Made by a program: the position numbers and the translations under genes | The notes under the pieces: model-generated | Databases searched by the model: none | Seen by the model: the letters and a program-made list of their open reading frames with translations, nothing else | What the model was told of the DNA's origin: nothing | Shown here: piece after piece, positions 1 to 10,463 of the stretch | How the letters are laid out: the number at the start of each line of letters is the position of its first letter | Position numbering within the stretch: the stretch's first letter is position 1 | DNA from: an uncultured Gemmatimonadales bacterium | GTDB lineage: Bacteria > Gemmatimonadota > Gemmatimonadetes > Palauibacterales > Palauibacteraceae | Direction: 5' to 3' | Assembly (NCBI GenBank): GCA_963783385.1 | Contig: CAWANJ010000002.1 | Coordinates: 64,001-128,000, forward strand | Length of the DNA: 64,000 bases

Positions 1-1473
1 AGAGGCCACGCGATCCGAGCGTCCGGCTCCCTGGGGCAGCTGCAATCAACCCTGCAGGCTGCGGGTCCTCTAGGAGAGGGCGACTTCCTCGTCGGTGCCC
101 GGGCGCTGAGCGCGGCCGGTTCCGCTTTTCCAACCGGCTCGAGAGGCTCATTGCCCTACGGGTACGCGGACGTGCTGGCCCGCCTGGACCTTCCGGCTGG
201 CCCGGGCAGGGTGTCTGCGACGGGCTACTGGAACCGCGAGTCGCTCAGCGGCCCCGGATCGGCCAGCGCTTCGCTCCTGGCGTGGGGAAACACTGCAGGG
301 TCCGTCCGCTATGTGGTACCTATCGGCCGGGGCGGCATGCGACTGAACGCGGCAGCCGGACGATTCCGGATCGCCGTGCCAGGGGGTAACGCAGAAGCCA
401 AACTTCGGGAACACTCATTCGATGCACGAGCCGAGGCGGAGGTCTTTGGCCGCGCGGGTCCGGTGGACGTGACCGGCGGCCTCGCGTGGGACGGGGTGCG
501 GCTGTCGCGCACGGCCCTCGACTCCGCCGATGGCGCGCCGCCCGTTCCTGGGGCCAACCTGGCGGGCGGCGTCGTATCACCCTATCTGGAGGTCAACGTC
601 GACCTGACCCCGGCCCTCTCTCTGCGAACCGGTCTGCGGGCCGAGGCCGCCAGCTACGGCGCCCTCGGCTGGGACCCAAGGGCCACTCTGGAGTGGCGTG
701 CGGGACCCCGGCTATCCGTGTACGCAGCCGCCGGGCGTTCGCACCAGCTCGTGGAGCGTGAAAGCGTCACGGGCTGTGATCCGGCCTCAGGGGTTTGCGG
801 AGCGAGCAGCCTGTTCCTCGACGGAGCAAGCCATGTGGCTGCCGGCTTCAAAGCCCGGCCGTCGGTCCCGTTGACCCTCGGCCTCGATATGTACTTGGCA
901 AACTACGGGGAGGCCGTCACCGCTCTGCGGGCCAGGTCAATCGGAGCTGAGATCCGCGGAACGTGGCGAGGGGACGGCTGGAGCACGTGGCTCGACTACT
1001 CGCTGGCCAGCACCCGGTCGTCTGAGCCACTCGGGATCGGCGGCGGCGCAGCACAGTTGGAGCAGCGACTCCTCGCTGGCTTCTCCGCCGAGATTCCCCC
1101 GGCCATCCACGTGGCGCTCCGGCTCCGGGTGAGCGCCGGCTTACCATACACTCCCCTTCCGATAGTGGGCTCGACATCTTCCGCAGGTGCGGGGTCCGGA
1201 TATCCCTGGCCCGTAATAAGTCCCCCGGGCTCCGGCGGACAGCCGTCCGCACTCGCACTGCCGGGATCATGGGCGCGGCTAGACGGAACGGTCTCTCGAA
1301 GCTGGCACGCCCGCGTCTTCGGCGCCGACGTGATGCTCACTCCCTACCTTGAGGTCCTGAACGCCGCCGGAACAAGAGACGCGCCGTTCTACTGGAGCCG
1401 CTCCGGCGCTGCGCAGCGATCAATTGGTGCCGTGCCGCTCCTGGCGGCTGTCGGCGTGCGCTGGGGACTCTAG
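1..1473 (+). CDS. TonB-dependent receptor-like outer-membrane beta-barrel, C-terminal part (5' end outside window)
   Basis: Frame open from base 1 to TAG at 1471-1473; alternating beta-strand pattern, receptor-like segments (LSLRTGLRAE, WDPRATLEWR, YLEVLNAAG) and a terminal aromatic strand VGVRWGL. Confidence 0.7.
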   Translation, partial: RGHAIRASGSLGQLQSTLQAAGPLGEGDFLVGARALSAAGSAFPTGSRGSLPYGYADVLARLDLPAGPGRVSATGYWNRESLSGPGSASASLLAWGNTAGSVRYVVPIGRGGMRLNAAAGRFRIAVPGGNAEAKLREHSFDARAEAEVFGRAGPVDVTGGLAWDGVRLSRTALDSADGAPPVPGANLAGGVVSPYLEVNVDLTPALSLRTGLRAEAASYGALGWDPRATLEWRAGPRLSVYAAAGRSHQLVERESVTGCDPASGVCGASSLFLDGASHVAAGFKARPSVPLTLGLDMYLANYGEAVTALRARSIGAEIRGTWRGDGWSTWLDYSLASTRSSEPLGIGGGAAQLEQRLLAGFSAEIPPAIHVALRLRVSAGLPYTPLPIVGSTSSAGAGSGYPWPVISPPGSGGQPSALALPGSWARLDGTVSRSWHARVFGADVMLTPYLEVLNAAGTRDAPFYWSRSGAAQRSIGAVPLLAAVGVRWGL

Positions 1474-1647
1474 GACGGAACGGCCCGTCGTCGAATCTGT
1501 CGGCTCGAACCTCAGGAAGGCGGCTCTCCCAATGAGAGAGCTCCGAGCTTCCGTTCGGAGCTTCCCGGCTGTGAGCCGGCACGAACGACGGTCGGGTCCG
1601 GTGTACAGAACAGCCTTCGGTTGCGCCGGTGCTTGCTCTCACCGGAC

Positions 1648-1920
1648 TCAATCGCAACTACATCTAATCCGAAGCGACAGATACGAGATTCTCGGTACTC
1701 GCGAAGGTGCCAATCGTCGATCCTCCTGAATTGTCACTACGGAGTGCAGTTTCCGGGCAGTATTGGCACGGGGGAACCTCATGCACCGCCTGCAACGCCG
1801 CAGTCCCAACTGAGAATGGAAGCCAACCTCACGACAGTACTGGGCCCGAGCGGCGCGGACTGGCACCACGAGGGCCACGCTCATCAACGCCATGGCCAGA
1901 ATCTGAATGGCACGCTTCCC
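1648..1920 (-). pseudogene. Degenerate small secreted Cys-containing peptide gene, paralog of 4739..4945
   Basis: Reads (G)KRAIQILAMALMSVALVVPVRAARAQ, matching MKRAIWILAMALM of the 4945 ORF; the start ATG position is GGG here; signal-peptide-like with an ARA-Q cleavage site. Confidence 0.45.
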
Positions 1921-2400
1921 GATACCCTACTCACCAAGGTGTCGAGCTCACACTCTCGATCAAGTCCTGTGAAATCGGAAACGTGTCAACTCGGAGGCGG
2001 TCCGAGCCGTACGGCCCCGACGCATTGCGAACCGACACCGCCGGGCTCCGCCCCTCAGCCCCCCGGCACCACCAGCCCGATCCCCTTCGAGGCCATGGCC
2101 GCGTTGAAGGCCGGCACGGTCGTGCCCACGAGCCGCTCGAAGTCGGCCCGCGCCTTCTCCAGCCGCCCTTCGAGGAGGTGGAAGACCTCGATGTCCTGCG
2201 TGGTGGGTGCGAGGTCGGGGCTCCCGGCCACGTCGCCCGCGCCGTCGCCCACCTCGCCGGCCAGCCACACGAGCTTGAGGTAGAGCTTCATCTCGGCCGG
2301 ATACGTCTTGACGTCCCCGGCGGCCAGGTAGCGCTGGAACAGGAGGTCCTCGACGGCGAGCGCGCTGTCGTCCACGGCCCGGGCGGCCTCCATGACCGAC
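1881..2400. repeat. Direct repeat copy 1 (copy 2 at 4906..5428)
   Basis: Offset about 3025-3028; near-identical at the 2400 end, more diverged toward 1881; covers the 3' end of the VPS10 gene, the intergenic region and the peptide leader. Confidence 0.93.
2055..2400 (-). pseudogene. Duplicated 3' fragment (last ~115 codons) of the VPS10/BNR gene at 5083..8301
   Basis: MEAARAVDDSALAVEDLLFQRYLAAGDVKTYPAEMKLYLKLVW... is nearly identical to the C-terminus of ORF 5083..5826; homology ends abruptly at 2400. Confidence 0.9.
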
Positions 2401-2401
2401 A

Positions 2402-2647
2402 GGGAAGCTGCTCCTGGCCTACGGGACCACGGACGACAACGTGCCGCCCTACAACACGCTGCTCGTCGTGGACTCGCTCATCGCGGCGGGCAAGGACTTC
2501 GACCTCATCGCGCTGCCCAACCGGCGGCACGGCTTCGGGGCCGAGCCCTACATGGTCCGCCGGCGGTGGGACTACTTCGTCCGAAACCTCCTGGGCGCCG
2601 AGCCCCCGCACGAGTTCCGGATCGGGGAGGAACGCGGGGAGGAGTAG
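2402..2647 (+). pseudogene. 3' fragment of an S9B dipeptidyl-peptidase IV family gene
   Basis: GKLLLAYGTTDDNVPPYNTLLVVDSLIAAGKDFDLIALPNRRHGF...RRRWDYFVRNL contains the catalytic Asp (DDNV) and His (HGF) motifs; the Ser motif and propeller domain are absent; starts exactly at the junction. Confidence 0.88.
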
Positions 2648-2683
2648 GATAGGATGTTCTGGTCTGCACCCGCTACGGAGCGT

Positions 2684-3514
2684 CTAGCCTGGAGGAGCGC
2701 CCGTATAGGATTTCAGCCAGAGGACGATGGCACCGCAGCGCATCGACACCTCGGTGGTCAGCTCGGGCGGAAGCTGGTCGGGCGGGTAGATCTCGACGGC
2801 GGTCACGTCGTACTTGGGGTAATAATCGGCGGGGCGCCCGGTCACGGTCTGGGCGCGGTTCCTGAGCCAGTCGGCTCGCCGACCATTCACAAAGTACTGG
2901 GGCTCGCAGTACTTGCCCAGCGGCCGACGCATCTTCGTGCCGGGGCCGTAGACGTTGCGGGTGGCCAGCAGCGTGCCCAGCTCACCGTGATAGCGCTCAA
3001 TGTCCCGCTCCGTGACGAGCTGCCCTCGGCCCGCCGCCACGCGTCGCTCGAACCTTTCCAGTGCGCCGGGCGTTCCGCGCACAGTGGCCCGGAGCTCCTC
3101 TTGAGGTATCGGCTTGACGGGAACTTCAATGTCGGCCGTGAGGGTCTCTCCGGGGCGCAGGGTGGTCCCACGCTGCACCGGGGCCGACCCGAGGAAGTCG
3201 ACCTCGATCGTGATCCGTCCCGGCTTCACGTCGGCGAACCGGTAGCGCCCATCCTTGCCGGTGAACGCAGTCCGCTCTCGATCGACAAGCTCCACCCGTG
3301 CCCCCTCGACCGGCGAGTGGAAGTCCGCTCGCGTGATCGTGCCCTGGACGACGGCTCCCGTGTCGATCGCCGCCTTCCAGCCTCCGATCGCGGCTCTCCG
3401 CGGCGCACGGACGGCGCGCAGCGCGGGAGCGCCCGTGAGGATTATGCTGGCTACGGCGGCGACCGAAGCTATTCCGAGCGACGGCGACCAACTGGGGTGC
3501 CTCGGGAGCCTCAA
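2684..3514 (-). CDS. Secreted carboxypeptidase-regulatory-like domain protein with a TonB plug-like C-terminus
   Basis: Signal-like N-terminus; VQGTIT..SPVEGARVEL..TGKDGRYRFADV; FERRVAAGRGQLVTERDI; CEPQYFVNG; DVTAVEIY; CGAIVLWLK; TTG start overlaps the upstream stop. Confidence 0.8.
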   Translation of the reverse strand: MRLPRHPSWSPSLGIASVAAVASIILTGAPALRAVRAPRRAAIGGWKAAIDTGAVVQGTITRADFHSPVEGARVELVDRERTAFTGKDGRYRFADVKPGRITIEVDFLGSAPVQRGTTLRPGETLTADIEVPVKPIPQEELRATVRGTPGALERFERRVAAGRGQLVTERDIERYHGELGTLLATRNVYGPGTKMRRPLGKYCEPQYFVNGRRADWLRNRAQTVTGRPADYYPKYDVTAVEIYPPDQLPPELTTEVSMRCGAIVLWLKSYTGAPPG

Positions 3515-4718
3515 GACCCCGCACCTTCAGCCTGCCCTGTGCCTCGGCCCGGGCCCGCGTTCAGCTCCGGCGCCAGGACCTGCAATCGCGTGTCTCCGGC
3601 CGAGGTCTGCACCACGCTGAAGGCGAGGCTGGTGCCGCAAACGCTCCCCAGCACCGAGTCGACGCGGCGCCGGGCCAGCACCCTGGGTGGTCCGGCGCCA
3701 GCGATGTCCAGCACCTCGACGATCGTGTCGAACTGGCCTCGGAAGAAGCGTGGGGAAGTCGGCTTTGGGTCCGCAGTCGCCCAGTGAGCGTCCGGAATCA
3801 GCGCATACACCCAAAGTCGGCCCTGGTTGTCCAGCGCGAGCGCGTTCATCATGGCGGGAGGCGGACCCAAAGTATAGAGATCGCTGAGCCGCTTCGGCGA
3901 GAGGTCCTGTGTCGTGGGAAACCAGTCAGCGCGTCGAATTAGGACCCGCGTGACTGCACGGTCGTCGGACCAATGATAGAGTGCGTAGCGCCATAGGCCC
4001 GCGGCCCAAAAACCGCCCTGCTGATCGGGTGCGAGAATCCATTGGTCCAGCGGTCGTAGCCGGGACGATGGCTCCCCAAACGACGCAGGGTGTCCCCGGA
4101 CGGATCGAGGAGTTCAAAGAGGCGCGTGTCGCCCTCGCTCGCTCCCAGCGGACGGCTGTGGACGAGGATGGTATCGGGCCCGATCAAGGCCAGGTCACTC
4201 ACGGGTCGACGAGTGCGGAACAGATGGGCCACCCGGCCCGCCAATGTCAGGGTGACCATCCGTGCGTTCGAGTTGTCGGCCACATATAGCGTGTCCCCGC
4301 GGCCGACCAGCACCCTTAGGTGCGAGCCAAATTCACGCGGTCCTGCCCCCGGGCCTCCAATGTCTCGAGAGAAGCGCCCGTGACGACTGTAGACGGCAAG
4401 CTGACCGCCTCCTACTATGGCGCTAACGACGAAGCGGCCCGATCCAAGCCGTCCAACGGAGCAGGCGCGGAACGGTGCGTCCGCCATGATAGAGGCCGGA
4501 TCCTCGGAGCTCCCAAGTTGCACGACCGAATCCAACGTGATCGACCCGGCCAGCCGCTGTGCTGTTTCGACCAAGGCAGGCCTGACGTCCGTGTGGAAAC
4601 GGCTGTTGCCAGGCTGTGTGTCAGGTGGTGTCGAACGACCACATGCGGTGGATAGTAGACTGAGGCCAGTCCCAGCAAGACAGAGAGCCCTCGGTCCCCT
4701 ACAAATGAATCCGAGCAT
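3511..4718 (-). CDS. 6-bladed beta-propeller (NHL-like) lipoprotein, frameshifted near 4055 and 3880
   Basis: Lipobox LSTAC; IGGPGAGPREFG and GDTLYVADNSNARM motifs; continues into ORF 3511..3870 (LALDNQGRLWV..FDTIVEVLD). Confidence 0.75.
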
Positions 4719-4738
4719 TCCGCGAAGGATGCGGGCGC

Positions 4739-4945
4739 CTAGTGGGTGGGGTCTAGCAGATGTCTGGGCCCCGGAACTTCCTCCGGCCCTCCCACTCGGC
4801 GGCATGTAGATGTGGATGGGCAACCGCACTCTCCCGGGACGGCCCACCACTCGCGTCGTGAATCCCACTGAAATTCTAGGGGCGAACCAACGCCCTGAGA
4901 TACCTTCATCAACGCCATAGCCAGAATCCAAATGGCTCGCTTCAT
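4739..4945 (-). CDS. Small putative secreted Cys-containing peptide (68 aa), possibly degenerate
   Basis: MKRAIWILAMALM leader conserved with the copy near 1900; CGC...C in the C-terminal half; directly upstream of the propeller gene. Confidence 0.45.
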   Translation of the reverse strand: MKRAIWILAMALMKVSQGVGSPLEFQWDSRREWWAVPGECGCPSTSTCRRVGGPEEVPGPRHLLDPTH

Positions 4946-5428
4946 GGCAGTCTTCTTACCGAAGGGTTGACCTCAACCCATCTTCATCAATTTCGACAAA
5001 TTTGACAATGTGTCAACACCGACCCGGTCCAAACCCACTCCACTCCGACGCATTGCGAGTCGATATCGTCGGGCGCCGCCCCTCAGGCCCCCGGCACCAC
5101 CAGCCCGATGCCCTTCGACTCCATGGCCGCGTTGAAAGCCGGAACGGTCGTGCCCACGAGGCGCTCGAAATCGGCCCGCGCCTTCTCGAGCCGCCCCTCG
5201 AGGAAGTGGAACACCTCCACGTCCTGCGTGGTGGGGGCGAGGTCGGGACTCCCGGCCACGTCGCCGGCGCCGTCGCCGACCTCGCCGGCCAGCCACACGA
5301 GCTTGAGGTAGAGCTTCATCTCGGCCGGGTAGGTCTTGACGTCCCCGGCGGCCAGGTAGCGCTGGAACAGGAGGTCCTCGACGGCGAGCGCGCTGTCGTC
5401 CACGGCCCGGGCGGCCTCCATGACCGAC
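4906..5428. repeat. Direct repeat copy 2 (copy 1 at 1881..2400)
   Basis: Shared anchors tcatcaacgcca, gtgtcaac, ccgacgcattgcga, ccatgaccgac. Confidence 0.93.
5002..5016. promoter_or_regulatory. Perfect inverted repeat TTGACA-N3-TGTCAA (candidate -35 box and/or operator)
   Basis: ttgacaatgtgtcaa in an AT-rich patch about 60 bp upstream of the 4945 ATG; the minus-strand TTGACA is retained in the other repeat copy (1985-1990 area). Confidence 0.45.
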
Positions 5429-8301
5429 GCCGAGTCGGCCCGGCCCTGCAGACTCACCGGCAGGTCCTCGATCTGCTTCCGGACGACCTCGGTGCGGTTG
5501 ATCATGCTCACCACCGCGTCAATGTCGTCGTACACGGCCTTCCACAGCTTCGTCTGCGCCCGGACGTCCGCGAGCGTGCCGGTCGTGTTCGGGTCCTTGA
5601 GGACCGTGAGCGGGGCGGCGAGCGTGTCGCCCCCGGCCGTCACCGTTACCGTGTACGTTCCCGGGTCCACCAGCGGACCCAGCTTCGGGAGGCTCGATCC
5701 CCCAGTGGTAGATCTCGCGCGTGTTCTTTCCGCGGAAGCGCTTCTCCTCCCAGACGTGGCGGGTGCGCGGCGGGCGTGGTGCGGAGCTTCACCTCGCGCG
5801 TGGGCGGCTAGCGGAGGTCCCACCACACGCGGTCGATCCCGGCCTCCCCGGGGCCGGTCAGGCGCCGCACGACCCGGCCCGAGTCATCGGCGATCGTGAC
5901 CCGCACCGGCCCCGTCGCCTTCGACGCCGAGGAAGTAGTCGATGTCGGCCCCGTAGGGCGGGTTCCGGCCCCGCGAGCGGTCGTTGGGCACCCCGCGCGG
6001 CGTGCTCACGGTGCGGAAGCGGTAGGCGTCGCGCGGCCGGAACAGGTGCGCGCTGCGAGGCGAGCACGGCCGGCGTGAGCTGCTCCAGGGGCGAGATGTC
6101 GTCCAGGATGTAGAGGCCGCGCCCCTTGGTGGCGACCACCAGGTCGTGGAAGTGGCTCTGCACCGTGAGCCAGGTGACCGGCGCGGGCGGGAGCCCGCTC
6201 ATGAGCCTGGTCCAGTGCGCGCCGTCGTCGGGCGACACGTACAGGGCGTCCTCGGTGCCGGCGTACAGGAGCCCGGCCCGCACCGGGTCCTCGCGCACCA
6301 CGTGCACGTAGCTCAGGGGCGAGGCCGGGATGCCGGCGCTCAGCTTCTTCCAGCTCTTCCCGTAGTCGTCGGTCTCGTAGATGTAGGGCCGGCGGTCGTC
6401 CACCTGGTGGAAGTCGACGGAGATGTACGCCTTGCCCCTTGCTGGTGCAGGGAGGGGTCGATGTTGCTGATCGTGCCCCACGGCGGCAGGTCCGGGATGT
6501 CGGGGGTCACGTTCGTCCAGTGCGCCCCGCCGTCCCGGGTCACGTGCACGAGCCCGTCGTTGCTCCCGGCCCAGATGACGCCCGCCTCGAGCGGCGACTC
6601 GGCGATCGCGAACAGGGTGCCGCCGTACTCGACCCCCAGGTTGTCGGGGGTGAGGCCGCCCGAGCTCCCCATGCGGCTCGTGTCGTCCAGGGTGAGGTCG
6701 GGGCTGATCACCTTCCAGCTCCGCCCTCCGTTCGTGGTCTCGTGCACGACCTGGCTGCCCACGTACACGTGGCTCGGGTCCTCGGGCGAGAGAGCGATGG
6801 GCTGCGTCCAGTTCCACCGGTACTTGAGCACCCTGGCCGGCGAGTCCAGCGACTTGTCGGGCCACGGGCTCACGGACTGCCTGTGGCCGGTCTTCAGGTC
6901 GAAGCGCTCCACCTCGCCCGAGTAGCAGCCGCCCCACACCCAGCGGCCGCTCACCGTGTCGGGCCACGTGAAGCCCGACTCGCAGCCGGCCGTCGTGGTC
7001 CAGATGGCCGAGGAGATCCCGCCCCCGGTGAGGCTGTTGCTGGGCCCCCGCACGGAGCCGTCGTCCTGCATGTTGCTGTACACGAAGTAGGGGACCCGAT
7101 TGTCCACCGCCACGTGGTACATCTGCCCGATGGGGAGCACGATGGGGTTCCAGGAGCGGCCCCGGTCCACGCTGATCATGACGCCGCCGTCGTAGCCGAT
7201 CATCATGCGGCGGGGGTCCTGCGGGTCGGCCCACATGTCGTGGTCGTCCCCGCCCCACGGAACCCGCTGGATCGTCTCGCCGCCGTCGTGGGTGACGTAC
7301 ATGTAGTTCGAGGGGAACCACACGGTGCCCGCGTCGTCGGGGGCGATCAGCATGCGCGTGTAGTAGTGGGGGCGCTCGTCGATGAGCCGGTTCCAGCTCA
7401 CGATCCGCCAGCGGTGGCCGCCGTCGTCGGAGCGCCACAGGGAGCCCGCCCCGCCCGTCTCGATGAGCGCGTACACGCGGCTCGGGTCGCTGCGGGCCAC
7501 GGCCACGTCGATCTTGCCGACGGGGGAGGGGGGCAGGCCGTCCTCCGCGCCCAGCCGGCTCCAGTGGTCGCCGCCGTCCCGGGTCACGAACACGCCGCTC
7601 CCGGGGCCGCCCGAGTCCTGCCCCCAGGTGTGGATCACGAACTGCCAGGTGCCGGCGAACAGGACGTCCGGGTCGTGGGGGTCGAGGGCGAGCCCCGAGC
7701 AGCCGGTGTGCTCGTCGACGAACAGGACCTTCTTCCAGGTGCGGCCGCCGTCCTCGGTGCGGTACACGCCGCGCTCGGGCTGCTCGCCGTAGCCCCGCCC
7801 CATGGCGCAGGCGTACACGCGGTCCGGGTCGCGCGGGTCGATCACGATGCGCCCGATGCGGCCGGTGGCCTCGAGCCCCATGTGGTGCCAGGTGCGGCCG
7901 CCGTCGGTCGACTTGTAGATCCCGTCGCCCAGGGAGACGTTGCTCCGGATGAAGGGCTCGCCCGTCCCCACCCACACGGTGCTCGGCCGGCCCGGGTCGA
8001 CCGCGATCGAGCCGATGGACTGGACGTCGGTCGAGTCGAAGATGGGCCGCCAGTGGGCGCCGGCATCGGTGGACTTCCACACGCCGCCCGAGGCGGCGCC
8101 CACGTAGTAGACGTTCGGGTTCCCGGGCTCGCCCACCACCGCGCTCACCCGGTTGCCGCCCGGCCCGATGAAGCGGTAGCGGAGCTGCTGCAGGTGGGAG
8201 GGATCGAGCTGCTGGGCGGCGGCCGGGGAGGGGCGGAGCAGCGCCGGCATGGCGAGAACGGCGGCCGCCGCGAGGAGAGCCGGCAGGCGCGCGCCCCTCA
8301 T
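5083..8301 (-). CDS. Secreted VPS10/sortilin-like BNR-repeat protein (usually annotated glycosyl hydrolase), several frameshifts (about 6440, 6060, 5900, 5790)
   Basis: Signal MRGARLPALL..AAAQ; LRYRFIGPGGNRV, GGVWKSTDAG, repeated SxDGGxTW Asp-boxes, YRWNWTQPI, WAGSNDGLVHVTRDGG, ATKGRGLYILDD; ATG overlaps the upstream TGA (TGATG). Confidence 0.88.
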
Positions 8302-10455
8302 CACTTCCCTCCCAGTCCGACCTGCCGCATGGCGAACGCCTGCTCCATGGCCTGGTCCTCGATCGAGACGTCGAACGGCCGCCCCCGGCCCGCGGCGTGT
8401 CCCTCGCGGGCACGGAGCCGGTAGATCACCGGGAGGCCCGAGGTGGTGGCGTGCTGGAGCTCCGCCGCGAAGCCGCGGCCCTGCCGCGGCGGGACCCGGG
8501 TGTCGTGGCCGCCCGAGAACACGAACACGGCCGGGTAGCGGGTGCCGTCGGTCACGTGCTCGTAGGGCGAGAACGCCTCCAGCCAGCGGAACTGGACCGG
8601 GTCGGCCGCGTCCCCGTACTCGTGGATGGCGGGCATGTTGTTGCGGTGCGTGAAGGTCACGAAGCGGTCCATGTCGAGGTCGGGGAAGCCGCACAGCACG
8701 GCCCGGAACAGCTCCGGGCCCCTGCGTGACCGCCGCGCCCATGAGGAGCCCGCCGTTGCTCTCGCCGTGGATGGCCAGGGTGGAGGGCTTCCGTGTAGCC
8801 CCGGTCCTCCAGCCAGCGGGCCGCGGCCAGGAAGTCGTCGAACACGTGCTGCTTGTTCTTCAGCATGCCCCCCTCGTGCCACGCCTCCCCGAACTCGCTC
8901 CCACCCCGCAGGTTGGCCAGGGCCCAGATCCCGCCCCGCTCGGCCCACAGGGCCGCCTCGGCGCTGAAGTGCGGGGTGATGGCCACGTCGAAGCCGCCGT
9001 AGCCGGTGAGCATGGTGGGCACGGGCTTCCCGGCCGGGAGGTCCCGCCGGTGCACCAGGAACATCGGCACCCGCGTGCCGTCCTTCGACGCGGTACCACA
9101 CCTGCTCGACCTCGATCCCCGCCGAGTCGAAGGGCACGCGCGAGGGCTCGTACACCGTGCGCTCGCCGGTCTTCGGGTCGAGGACGTAGGTGACGCCGGG
9201 GCTCGTGAACGAGCGCACGGACAGGAACGCCTTCCCGCCCGGGGCCGGCCGGATGCTGGCGCTGGACAGCGGCGGCAGCGGCACTTCGCCCTCCGGCGTC
9301 CCATCCAGTCCGAAGATCCGGATCCGGGCCGACACGTCGTGCAGGTAGGTGGCGTAGATCTTCTTCCCGATGAAGGCGTAGCCGGTGAGCACGTCGCCGG
9401 TCTGGGGCAGGATCTCCCTCCAGCCGTCCGGGCCGGGCCGGGAGGGATCGGCCACCACCAGCCGGTAGCGGGGCGCCAGCCAGTCGGTGAGGATCCACAG
9501 CTTGCCGTCGTGCGGCGCGGATCCGCGCGTGCATCGGGAGCCCGCCGGTCACCGACACGCGGTGGCTACCGTCGGCGTCCTCGATCCACGCCTCGTCCCG
9601 CAGCCACCCCACCGCCTCGGTGACCAGGCGGCGGCCGTCCTCCAGGGTGCGGACGCCCACGAAGCGGTCCGGCCCGGCGTGCGGGTCGTAGACCACGGAG
9701 TCCCCGGCCGGGTCGGTGCCGAGGCGGTGCCGGTACAGCCGCGAGCCCGTCTCCCGGGAGCGCAGCACGTAGGTGATGGCGCGGCCGTCCGGCGCGAAGG
9801 AGGCCTCGTCGTACAGGGCGGGCGGGAAGCGGTCGGGGAGGTCCGTCCCCCGGCCCACGTCGCGCACCCGGAGGGCGGTCTCGTCCGCGCCCCCGTCACG
9901 GAGGTCGTAGAGCACCAGGCGCCCGTCGTGGGACACGTCCCGGAGCTCGACCCGCGTCCACCCGGTCGAGTCGATCGCCAGCGGGTCCACGACCTCCTCG
10001 TACTTCCCGTCCGGGTCGACCGGGACGATCGAGTCCGCCGGCGGGGCGGGGCGGCGGAAGATGCCGGCCACGGGATCGCCCGGCCGGCGAAGGCTGAAGT
10101 ACTCCCACTTCCCGGCGCGGCGCGGACTCCCGATCTGGGGCACGTCCTCCAGCCGCCGGAGCTCGGCCCGCAGCGAGTCGCGCAGCGGCGTCTCGCCGAC
10201 CACCCGCTCGGCGTAGGCGCTCTCGGCCGCGATCCACGTCTTCACCTCCGGGGCGCTCCCGTCGGCCAGCCACAGGTAGGGGTCCGAGAATCGCTGGCCG
10301 TGCACCGTGAAGGTGGCCGTGTCGCGGCGGGTGGCGGGCGGCTGCGGGGCCGATCCCGCCGAGCCGGCGGGCCGGCAGCCCGCCGCGATGCAGGCGAGGG
10401 CCGTCGCGAGGAGGAGGGAGGGGAGGCCGGCGCGACGGCGGGATGCTCTCGGCAT
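8301..10455 (-). CDS. Prolyl oligopeptidase (S9A) lipoprotein, frameshifted (about 9520, 9090, 8790, 8720)
   Basis: Lipobox IAAGC; DPYLWL, SKDGTRVPMF, GYGGF, NLRGGSEFGEAWH, GESNGG nucleophile elbow (read across frames), HDTRV, EGH. Confidence 0.9.
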
Positions 10456-10463
10456 GGCGTTCC

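Noticed and set aside
1738-1810. In-frame TGA in the alternative frame WDCGVAGGA*GSPVPILPGNCTP as selenocysteine
   Set aside because: Requires an assumed frameshift, no convincing SECIS hairpin, and the locus is degenerate.
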